Translations under genes and position numbers: made by a program
Shown: positions 52,141 to 64,000 of the stretch, piece after piece
How the letters are laid out: every line of letters starts with the position of its first letter
Position numbering within the stretch: position 1 is the first letter of the stretch
From: Mizuhopecten yessoensis
Lineage: Eukaryota
Assembly: GCF_002113885.1 (NCBI RefSeq)
Contig: NW_018480043.1
Location: 200,955-264,954, forward strand
Length of the DNA stretch: 64,000 nucleotides
Reading direction: 5' to 3'
The notes under the pieces: generated by a model
Seen by the model: only the letters and a program-made list of their open reading frames with translations
Told to the model about the DNA's origin: nothing
Database searches by the model: none

Positions 52141-53334
52141 ATGAAATACATATAAATGCCATTAAAATTATATACATTTTGTGATGGTGGAGAGCTGAGT
52201 ACAAAAAGTAGGTCACTGTGACATAAGCTTTGACCTTTGACCTAACATGTTTATAATATATATATATATACATGCTTACATTATTTTTCACTCTATTGAA
52301 GCCAAGTGCTTGCTGAACTGATGCTCCCTTTGCCTATTTATACAATAAATATGATTTTAAATGCACTGAATTTATATGAATACAATATATTATTGCAACA
52401 TGAATATTGCTTACAGAACCCACCATTTTTGATATCGTGTCAACCTCCCCTCGGTCAATGGACCTATGGTGCCATGTCATCATCGACGACATACATATAT
52501 TTGTCGTGCATGTATTATTGGTTTATATTTGTTCCTGAATTCAAAGACAATATGTCTGGCTATGATAAAATCAAATGTGGTGATATATTTAATGACCAAT
52601 TCATATTTTCAAATTAATACAAGGGGTACTAAATTAACATTAAACAAATAGTATTTTTGCTTATTATGGTTTCGAATAACATCTTTTTTTTAAAATTAAT
52701 GCTGATAACTATTAAAGTATGAACTAATCTGATTCCGTGTATGGTTTTGACGCCTGTCACGCCTGAGGCAACATGAAAACGTTACATCTAAATATATCAG
52801 CTAAATGACCTTTTACAATGTTGTGGGTACTCTTTTCAAATCTATCTGTTGAAAAATGTGTACAACCTCAATATTTTAGTGAGGATAATCGTTTGGAATG
52901 TCCGATAAATATTTTTTCTTTTTCTTTTTCAGGAAAATACATCTGATTCAACAGTTACCTTAAATGTGTGTAGAATATAACTTGGTAGATTAATTAACTG
53001 TATACAATAACACTTGGTCAAGTTATACTAAAACTGACTGATAAATACCTCACTTAAACGTGACGGATCACTTACAGATAATTCCTAAAGAGGAAAATCC
53101 TGATAGTACTGCTACAAACCATAAACTAGAAAAAAAAACCCATTAAAATTAAGATTTCGTTAATGAGTGTGAGACCATCTATAAATGTTAACGAAATCCT
53201 TCCTGTTATTTTAAGATCAACGCTTCATACGAAATAATTAGAACATATTTATTTCGTGGAATACAAAATAGTGATCAGCAGTACTTAGCAATTAGCCGAT
53301 GTATAACTGTAATAAGCCAGGTAACTAACAGAGA

Positions 53335-54625
53335 TGACCAGTTATTAGCTGTAATGTATTAACAGTGATTCGCTGTTATGTTATGTATTGACAGTGATAA
53401 GCTGTTATGTATTGTCAGTGATCAGCTGTTATGTTATGTATTGACAGCGATTAGCTGTTTTGTTATGTCATATTGACAGTGATTAGCTGTTATGTTATGT
53501 ATTAACAGTGATTAGCTGTTATGTTATGTATTAACAGTGATTCGCTGTTATGTTATGTATTGACAGTGATCAGCTGCTATGTTATGTATTGACAGTGATT
53601 CGCTGTTATGTTATGCATTAACAGTGATTCGCTGTTATGTTATGTATTAACAGTGATTCGCTGTTATGTTATGCATTAACAGTGAGTCGCTGTTATGTTA
53701 TGTATTAACAGTGATTCGCTGTTAATACATAACATAACAGCGAATCACTGTCAATACATAACATATCAGCTGATCACTGTCAATACATAACATAACAGCG
53801 AATCCCTGTTAATACATAACATAACAGCTAATCACTGTTAATACATAACAGCTTATCACCGTTAATACATAACAGCTAATCACCGTTAATACATAACAGC
53901 TAATCACCGTTAATACATAACAGATAATAACTGTTAATACATAACAGCTGATCACTTTTAATACATAACAGCTTATCACTGTTAATACATAACAGCTAAT
54001 CCCTGTTAATACATAACATAACAGCTAATCACTGTTAATACATAACATAACAGCGAATCACTGTCAATACATAACATAACAGCTAATCACTGTTAATACA
54101 TAACAGCTTATCACTGTTAATACATAACAGTGATAAGCTGTTATGTATTAACAGTGATAAGCTGTTATGTATTAAAAGTGATCAGCTGTTATGTATTAAC
54201 AGTTATTAGCTGTTATGTATTAACGGTGATTAGCTGTTATGTATTAACGGTGATAAGCTGTTTTGTATTAACAGTGATTATCTGTTATGTATTAACAGTG
54301 ATTAGCTGTTATGCATTAACAGTGATAAGCTGTTATGTATTAACAGTGATTAGCTGTTATGTATTAACAGTGATTAGCTGTTATGTTATGTATTGACAGT
54401 GATTCGCTGTTATGTTATGTATTAACAGTGATTAGCTGTTTTGTATTAACAGTGATTAGCTGTTATGTTATCTATTAACAGTGATTAGCTGTTATGTATT
54501 AACAGTGATAAGCTGTTATGTATTAACAGTGATAAGCTGTTATGTATTAACGGTGATAAGCTGTTATGTATTAACAGTGATTAACTGTTATGTATTAACA
54601 TTGATTAGCAGTTATTAGCTAAGTA
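53335..54625. repeat. 24/29-bp minisatellite (TGTTATGTATTAACAGTGATTAGC) with an internally inverted block at ~53720-54130
   Basis: Orientation runs forward, reverse, forward, with palindromic junctions at ~53715 and ~54133. Confidence 0.93.
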
Positions 54626-57600
54626 ACTACTTGTAGTAAACATTGTTTATCGATCATTAACAGTAATTAACAGCATTAAATACGACACAAAGACAAATAT
54701 CATAGAAAACCTTTATTGTATAACTCGCTCCATAGTTTGATTAACAAACATATTATGTACATAATGTGGCTGTTTACATCGAGAAATCAGACCCCATTCT
54801 TCGATGTTGTTCTCATTAAACATGTATAGCGTCACGTTTGCCAGCCTTTCTTCCCTTACTTTACTGTTGGCCTTATATTTACTCAGGGATTGAATGCCAG
54901 TTTTTGATGTTCACGCTACATCTTAATCGTAAATAACATGTAACCTATATCTCCTTGTGTTTTAAAAAAACATGTCCATTGCAAAATGCCATTCAATACA
55001 TTATGAATATATAGTTATTACCATTCTAAATACGATTATCCCCTATTGTCTGCAGATGTTTCTGTGATCATCAGTGCAAATACCTGGAACAACCTAACGT
55101 CATTCAAATGTTTGCTTCTTACGATCGCCTCATGTTATCCAAGGCATGAGAAGAAGCGTCGAAATGACGCTCATCCCATCCCTATCACCGCGATTTCTTC
55201 TTGTAGTATTTATTAAGTGACTTGCAATGGAAGTGTAATAAGTATATACATCAAACACTCATATATACTTGATACATTCTTGTTGTGTCTACTTACACAT
55301 ATTCAATAATGCATGACAAATAAAAGGGACCAAAACTTTGACGAAGTCATGGTGTGCTGGGATATGTCTGTTTCTCAGGATTCATAATCTATAATAAGTA
55401 AAGACCAGTTATTCACAGCGCTTGTATCTTCACGACACACTTGTTCTAGTGGATGTTACATTGCAGACTAATATAGAAGGCATTCTATATAGTCAGTATC
55501 CAAGCTTCATTTACATAAGTATACAAAGTATACAAAGTTGAATATTCGTGAAAAATCTGTTATTGAACCTTTAAGAGATCTAGTTTCACATGGAAATCCT
55601 GAACTTCAACACTGCCGTTGTTTGTTCTAAATTCCTCATAACGTTTTTCTGATACGTATCATTCGAGCAGGATGGTGCACGTCTGTGCTATGCCTTTACT
55701 ATCTATCCATATCTTTAGTGTAAAACAAGGTTTAAGGCTTTTTGCTACCTCACCTTTCATGCCTACGATTTTTATCATAGTTGTTGGTCGATAAAAACAA
55801 TCTTGGATTATCGGGCGTCAGGTGGGTGAATATATGAATTAGTAATTAAGTTGATGTAGCCCAATCAAAATATTAGATAAGTCAAATGTATCTGACATGT
55901 GATCCTGGCTCTACCAGTGTACCATAACCACTGGGAAAATATGTATATAGGCTATGCTTATAAACTTACCATTTCTTTTGAAACAATAAAAACATTTGAA
56001 TTGAATTGAATGTACGATAACTCTACACATCGCAATAGTTACCTAAATCAAGAGTTGATTATATCTTAAGTCTGTAAAACTGAAATAGTATATCTCATAT
56101 CAACTCATTGGCCAAGTTTACCAACTGATAAAGTTACGGCAACTCTTAAACCCTCATCTCTAAAAAATGGCCAGTTATTATACAAAGCAACAATTCTATT
56201 TGTCAAATACAATCGAGTGCATATCGCACTAGTCACTGAAACGGTACGAGTTCGACAGATCTCGTATGTGTTACATGAACTTAAATACATGTGTACGTGT
56301 GTCAATTACCGGACGGTGTCCTCATCCGAAAAAGAATGGAATATTAAATATCAATAGTATTAAATGTATGCTTTCTGTCCATCTATACCGGTAAGGGGAA
56401 GACTTATATAGACAAAGCCTGTTGTCTCATCCAATTGTTCATATATTTTTTGTCCAATAAAATTTGTTGAAATCAGAAATTCGAAAAAGAAGTATGACAG
56501 ATTTCAATGTGATATACCTGTACTTGTATCCCTAAAGTAAACCTGGCATGAACAGTTGTCCAGAATGGCCTGGCTGTGAATAACTGGGCAGGTGTTGCTA
56601 GTCTGCTTCATAGTGAGTATAATAAGTGATAAAATATAAGGTTAAGATAATATAAAATCAATGATGCGACACCCTCAGTAGAGTTATAAGTAGTATGACA
56701 CTGTATGTGTATCTATATCAATGCTATTTCACCCCACAACCATGACGCAAACAAAACTACAGGATAAAATAACCATTCAATGGTATCCATGCAACATTTA
56801 AAATGATTTTCTATACTAAAGTAATCAAACAAGAGAATATGTACAAAATGTTAGTGTTGTCATGAATTTTACACTGGTACACGTTTTGTTAGATATTGGA
56901 AAAGCAAGTTTAATTCGCCTGTGAACTACCCAGTCTGTGTAAAAGTACTGATGATCAATATTGTTTATATGCAGCGAGAAGGTTACCCAGTCATAGTAAC
57001 ACGAGCAGAGTTTACTGTGTTGTAACACTTGTAGTTATCTATTCACTGGACGTAATTTAGTCTAAATACATAGTAATAATACAGGAGCGAATCGCTTTAA
57101 TACACATTTCCATTAGTCATAACGGATCTTCAACATACAAATGTTGTAGGTTTCTACCTCTTATTATCATCTGTGGAAAGGGCACAATTACCGATGCAGA
57201 ATGGCTGACATGTCAAATCTTACTTTTCACTGCAGTTTTAAGTTACATCTTTATTGCATCAGTTCTAATAAAATAACTTACAAACACACCTATCCTGGGA
57301 CTTTAATGCTATAAGGTAAAATGCATTGATAATTTAGTAAAACAAAATACATATAATTATTTTATATAAAACAAAAATGTGTGTCTAAGAACGGAAAAAA
57401 CAGTATCATGTCATTATTTTAATTTCATTTTATTGGAACGCCATTTTTTATATACAGCGTTACCTGTGACGAATTCATGTTAAACACTAAAAAACCGAAT
57501 GTGCAATAATTGTCATTATATGACCAATGATCAGTGATTTTCTATACCAGATGTGCGTAGCTACATTGGATAAATTCATAAACTCATAATGCAATGACAA

Positions 57601-58654
57601 TTTATTTAAAGTCTTATTCATCCGAAGTGTATCTTTATATTATATTAGATAATAACGATTCGGAAAGCATCATTAATACATGTCTATATATTGTGCGCTA
57701 TATAACATACTATGACGGTTTGATGTGTGTATGATATGAATATCATGAACTACTCAACTAGTTTGTTTTTCATGAATGTCTTTTTTATTTATTTTTTTAT
57801 TTCAAGTGAATATTTTTCTGTCGGTGGTGACAATATCTAATGTATGATTGAAATAAAACTGAAATGCACAGAAGATATCATTATTGGTTAACATGTTAAG
57901 TATATTAACATGAACTCCTGTTTATTTAATGCTGTATACAGTGATATTGTAATAAAGGTACGGTTTAGTTATAAAAATAAAGATTAGTCCACCTTATATT
58001 TTGTCAAATGGCAAGTTCGTCTAACTACAGATGATTGAATTTATAGAAAGGCTATTTAAAGTTTCTTCTGTGAAATCCTCGATTACATGAATATTTACGT
58101 ATTTAATAACTACGAGGATAAATAATTACTCAAATTAATTCATAATCGTTTCAAATTAACATATATGATTTATCTTGTACCCGATTCATCTCGAGAGGTG
58201 AATGTCGGGTAAAGAACATATCGTCCTACATCCGAGCTTCATAAGTCAGTAACAAGTATTCTGATCGACTCGACATTAAACTTGTTATCAATCAAATTAC
58301 TCATAACTAATTAAGCGCGTAACATTCATCACTTGAAATATCTCGATCGACGTATCCTTATTGCATTAAGCTGTGTGAATGATAACACTTTCATCATCGA
58401 CTCTAACAGTACGTTGACCAATCATTGAGCAGGTTTTGTTTTTGACATCGTAAACAATAAGAATTAATACATTTCATCATTTCAGTAAACTATTGTTTGT
58501 CCGTGGCGTTATTATCAAATATAAAAAAAAACGTTGTCTCGCATTTGGTGCTATGTCCCATCACAAAAGTAACATGTTCACTGCATATAAGTGTACTATT
58601 TGTAATTTCGTAACGAATGCCAATTATATGTAACCTCGTAGGTTTTGTTATATC

Positions 58655-60032
58655 CCACTTGTTACTACCCACGTGGAACTCTCCACTTGTTACTACCCAC
58701 GTGGTACTCTCCACTTGTTACTACCTACGTGGTACGCTCCACTTGTTACTACCTACGTGGTACTCTCCATTTGTTACTACCCACGTGGTACTCTCCATTG
58801 GTTAATACTTACGTGGTACTCTCCATTTGCTACTACCCACGTGGTACTCTCCACTAGTTACTACCCACGTGGTACTCTCCATTTTTTACTACCCACGTTG
58901 TACTCTCCATTTGTTAATACTTACGTGGTACTCTCTATTTGTTACTACCCACGTGGTTCTCTCCATTTGTTACTACCCACGTGGTTCTCTCCATTTGTTA
59001 ATACTTACGTGGTACTCTCCATTTGCTACTACCCACGTGGTACTCTCCATTTGTTACTACCCACGTGGTACTCTCCACTTGTTACTACCTACGTGATACT
59101 CTCCGCTTGTTACTACCCACGTGGTACTTTCCACTTGTTACTACCCACGTGGTACTCTCCATTTGTTACTACCCACGTGGTACTCTCCATTAGTTAATAC
59201 TTACGTGGTACTCTCTATTTGTTACTACCCACGTGGTTCTCTCCATTTGTTACTACCCACGTGGTACTCTCCATTGGTTAATACTTACGTGGTACTCTCC
59301 ATTTGTTACTAGCTGCGTGGTACTCTCCATTTGTTACTACCTTCGTGGTACTCTGCACTTGCTACTACCTACGTGGTACTCTCCACTTGCTACTACCCAC
59401 GTGGTACTCTCCACTTGTTAATACTTACGTGGTACTCTCTATTTGTTACTACCCACGTGGTTCTCTCCATTTGTTACTACCCACGTGGTACTCTCCACTT
59501 GTTACTCCCCACGTGGTACTCTCCATTTGTTACTACCCACGTGGGACTCTCCATTTGTTAATACACACGTGGTACTCTCCATTTGTTAATACTTACGTGG
59601 TTCTCTCCATTTGTTACTAGCTACGTGGTACTCTCCATTTGTTACTACCTTCGTGGTACTCTGCACTTGCTACTACCTACGTGGTACTCTCCACTTGCTA
59701 CTACCTACGTGGTACTCTCCACTTGCTACTACCTACGTGGGACTCTCCACTTGCTACTACCCACGTGGTACTCTCCACTTGTTAATACTTACGTGGTACT
59801 CTCTATTTGTTACTACCCACGTGGTACTTTCCACTTGTTACTACCCACGTGGTTCTCTCCATTTGTTACTACCCACGTGGTACTCTCCATTGGTTAATAC
59901 TTACGTGGTACTCTCCATTTGTTACTAGCTACGTGGTACTCTCCATTTGTTACTACCTTCGTGGTACTCTCCACTTGCTACTACCTACGTGGTACTCTCC
60001 ACTTGCTACTACCCACGTGGTACTCTGCACTT
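58655..60032. repeat. 28-bp minisatellite (CCACTTGTTACTACCCACGTGGTACTCT), ~49 copies
   Basis: Direct repeats; many units carry the palindrome CCACGTGG. Confidence 0.95.
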
Positions 60033-62850
60033 CTAACAATGTAACTTGTATCAATCTGGCGGCAAGGAATACGCTCTAGTTATGACAAAGCAAAAACTGG
60101 AACCGAAAAAACATAAGTCACAGCAGGGAACAACAACATATACATCAATGTAGCGAAACAATTATAACATCTCATTTGTAGCTTGGTGGTAAATCATTTA
60201 GCAAAAACCATGAAAGTAAAACACTAAAATTTCTCGTTTGTTTTGTAAACAATTTTTTTGTGTGGAGTCTTTGCCTACATATCGTAAAGACGAGAAGTCT
60301 CCAGTTGTACATGTATCCGTGTTTGATTTATATCTGCTAGGAATCATAATTACTAAGTATAATTCAACACATTCCCGCTAGGCCAGTAAAAATCTTCACA
60401 CACCGTCAGTGCGGAGTCACTTTGTATCTAATACAAAAAGCCCCAACTTTCAAAAGCTACATATATGCATATTCTACTAATTGAAAAAGTAAATAAATCC
60501 TTTAACACAAAAAATACGAAAGAATTAATGGTAAGGAAAAAGATTAACATTCCTAATTAGACACTTCTTTTGCTTAAAATAGCAGACATGCTGCTTTACG
60601 ACTCCTATTAATTGTGTTTCGTATATTGAATTGAAACTCTTTTTTACGCTTAAGACAAAATGCAACATCATAGTCTTCATATATCCTGGTGCCCGGTTTA
60701 TTATAGGCCTGGGGATACAGCGGAGATGCCATTATTACCCACTGGCACTGTACATTCTCAAAGTTTGCAATTTTACAACGTAATAAGTTCTATGGAAAAT
60801 ATTGCTGACATACAAAAATATATATCTTCTATTTTTGTATGAAGTTCATTAAACCTAGGTTTTGTAATCTGTTAGCAGCAGCAATCTCCGCCTTTTCGTA
60901 CTCAAAAAGAGGTTGCCAAAAACGATGTCCTTTGCATGTGTTTCCGTGGAGTACATACAGTTGCATTTCTTCGGTGTTTTAGCGGACTTTCTACTTTGTG
61001 TATGGCCATTAAATTGTTTATACGCGTTTACGCACTACTTTGTGTATGGACGTTAACATGTTTATACGCGTTTCAATGCTCACACAATACTTGTAGAAGA
61101 CAACGTCAACATTACTGCTACTCACGTTAGTTTCGCTCCACTGACCACGTATACATTGGTGTTGATAGTAAGGTGTTTACCGTCATATTGAGGCCGACTC
61201 TATGGCCTTTCCATACGGTCTACACATTCACGGTAATTACCGGGAATTAGCATCCTCTTGTTTTGTCGCGTCGGGAAACTCATTTTACACAGGCAATATA
61301 CACGGGAAAATAAACAAACCATAATTAGTAGCTACATACAAGCGACATCTTACACAGCACAATAACACATTAAATGATGTCGGCGTTGAAGAGCGATGTT
61401 TTTCGGCTGGTAAGTAATCAAGTACGTATTGCATTACTGTAGCACTAAACTACCCACACCTATTAAACCTGTTTGTTGTGAAAGCTTATCGATTTTACAT
61501 TTACAAGTTGACATTGGCAAAGAGATGAACAACATTTGGAGTGGAATAATTTAACGTGTGATAGATGAGTTATCTGTATAAAAATCCGTTAGCGTCTAGA
61601 TACATCACACGTAAATGCTACTCTTACGGCAGAGCATTACCTGTTTTGTAATGATAACAAATACATATTAGCACTAATTGTACAATTATTAAATGTTCCA
61701 GTGATAACTCCAGTAAACTATTCAGTAAATTTAGTAACGAAATGATTTGGCATTTCAATCTTTCTTAATGAAGGCCTGCCGTAATGATATCGACTATTAT
61801 ATAGTGTACAGTTAGCATGCTAACGCTTATTTACGTGTAAAATCTGAAGCAGAAGCTGCTTTACCAGATCACACGGAAACCATAATAGCCAGTTGGAGTA
61901 GAGTTGAATATACCGATGGGTAATTTTGATTGGACTAATTACGAATAAAATATAACTGTTAGCTCAATTCTGTATTCAAACGAGAGAGAGAGAAAAACAA
62001 ATCTTGTTTTATTTTAATGTATTCAAGTTGAGTACCAGTACCATGCCTCGACGAGCTACAAGACAAATGCGTTGATAACTTTAATTGTGGGGACGGTTTC
62101 TGAATATGGCTCAGGTGTGGGATTCGACAGTTTTAAAACAAATGTCACTGTTATGACAGGACGAGGACCAGCTGTTGGATAAGTTTTGTTTTTTTGTGTC
62201 CATGATGCTGCTCTATTATATTAGAATTTTGCAAATAGACCCAAATGGAACGACTTTGTTCATCGATCGATCGCTATGTGATAATGATCACTGGACTTCC
62301 ATACACAACCAGTGATATATAACTAGCGTACTCGGTACACCAATATTATAGCCCGGTATCAGCCAGGTTAGAGCTATGATTTTCTAAACGCCATCCCAAT
62401 TATGACGATATAGCTTATTTGGGAGTGTCTAGTTTGAACGCGGTTACCAAGACGTGATAGGGTTTTCGAAAACGTTTTTCAAGAGATGGCTTTCCAAAAG
62501 CTTTTTGAAATAATTTAATGCTCTAAGTGTCCATAGTACGGTTGGCAGACTGTTTGCTGCTGTTTGTTGAATACTCGGCTTTCGTAAGTGACGGGTTGTG
62601 TTTTCGGGTAAAGTGTTTGTCTTACGCTGCAGTATTCAAGTTGGGAATAATACCACAATGTTGTTTCCGACGTCCAGGCGTTGAAATGTCGTACACGCAT
62701 GCGCATACTTCCGTTTCATACTTTGAAATGGGGTTATACACTCTATCGAACACTATATCGACTGAAAGAAAAAAATTGATGGAAATGAATTCATACGGGA
62801 AATTATACATACATACATATATATGCATTGTCATGTAATATGCTTTACAC

Positions 62851-63201
62851 TCAGTTACCCCTAAGACCCCCGAGTCCATCGTCAGGCGGGACCAGGATGG
62901 AAAGCGTCACAGCGAACATGAGGATAAGGAAGCAAACCAGCAATGTCCGATCTATCACTAGCGCCACCTGCTGCCACTCAAGTTTTATGAAATCTTTCCG
63001 ATCTTGGTCCGCTAAACGCATCTCATTCCGTTCAATAGTCCAATTCACTTTTTGCAATACCCGCACAAACTGTCGTTCACAATAGTCGCTGTTTGCTACG
63101 TTCAAGCGTCTGGTGAACCGTGGTGAAACCCCACCATTTTCAGGTGGAACTTCTGTTTCGAATTTGTCAAATTTGTAGTATTCTCCTTGTGGAACTTTCT
63201 C
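62851..63201 (-). CDS. Last coding exon of a nicotinic acetylcholine receptor-type (Cys-loop) subunit: end of the M3-M4 loop, MA helix and M4
   Basis: Acceptor tttgtttacag|GAG, then ...IKLEWQQVALVIDRTLLVCFLILMFAVTLSILV...*, matching the nAChR EWxxVAxVxDR plus M4 signature. The rest of the gene lies beyond the window. Confidence 0.85.
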   Translation of the reverse strand, partial: EKVPQGEYYKFDKFETEVPPENGGVSPRFTRRLNVANSDYCERQFVRVLQKVNWTIERNEMRLADQDRKDFIKLEWQQVALVIDRTLLVCFLILMFAVTLSILVPPDDGLGGLRGN

Positions 63202-63276
63202 CTGTAAACAAATTAGAACTTGCAATTATGATAATGAAATAAAGTATGACCATACTTAAGTGGAAGAAGACATCGA

Positions 63277-64000
63277 ATATCACCAATACTTGACGGAATC
63301 ATCATACCTTACAGCTAATATCACTAATACTTGAAGGAATCATCATACATTACAGCTAATATGACCAAAATTTGACGGAATCACCATACATTACAGCTAA
63401 TATCACCAATACTTGAAGGAATCACCATACATTACAGCTAATATCACAATACTTGACGGAATCATCATACATCACAGCTAATATCACCAATATTTGACGG
63501 AATCATCATATATTACAGCTAATATCACCAATACTTGACGGTATCATCATACATTACAGCTAATATCACCGATACTTGACGGAATCATCATACATTACAG
63601 CTTATACGACCAATTCTTGACGGAATCATCATACATTCCAGCTTATACGACCAATTCTTGACGGAATCATCATACATTCCAGCTTATACGACCAATTCTT
63701 GACGGAATCATCATACATTACAGCTAATATCACCAATACTTGACGGTATCATCATACATTACAGCTAATATCACTAATACTTCACGGAATCATCATACAT
63801 TACAGCTAATATCACCAATACTTGACGGTATCATCATACATTACAGCTAATATCACTAATACTTCACGGAATCATCATACATTACAGCTACTATCACCAA
63901 TACTTGACGGAATCCCCATACATTACAGCTAATATCACCAATACTTGAAGGAATCACCATACATTACAGCTAATATCACCAATACTTGACTGAATCATCA
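63277..64000. repeat. 41-bp minisatellite (ATCACCAATACTTGACGGAATCATCATACATTACAGCTAAT), at least 17 copies, running off the window
   Basis: Direct tandem repeats in the nAChR intron. Confidence 0.93.

Noticed and set aside
54130-54396. (VISCYVLT)n ORF
   Set aside because: Translation of the 24-bp satellite.
58617-60079. Overlapping ORFs in the 28-bp array
   Set aside because: Repeat-derived, with the same peptide appearing in all frames.

Overview
This is eukaryotic, AT-rich, intron-containing DNA. The repeat and SINE types resemble those of bivalve molluscs (inference, not verified). Seven genes can be reconstructed by hand with consistent GT-AG phases: (1) a PHOSPHO1/2-family HAD phosphatase (+, 1487-2236); (2) an uncharacterised 257-aa protein with PPxY motifs and a probable beta-trefoil (-, 9499-16828), head-to-head with (3) OAF/out-at-first (+, 20458-24314); (4) CCDC47 (-, 30769-39122); (5-6) a head-to-head pair of unrecognised ~175-aa paralogs (43150-44113 on -, 48465-49378 on +); (7) the last exon of a nicotinic-type Cys-loop receptor (-, 62851-63201). 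The rest is minisatellites, MITEs, SINE remnants and LINE remnants. The most striking pattern is that four intronic tandem arrays in three different genes are built from a unit that straddles the neighbouring exon-intron junction, giving about 6-45 tandem copies of a splice site with the real site always at the exon-proximal end. A fifth array at the window edge is predicted to follow the same rule. Most ORF-track entries are repeat-derived and spurious.
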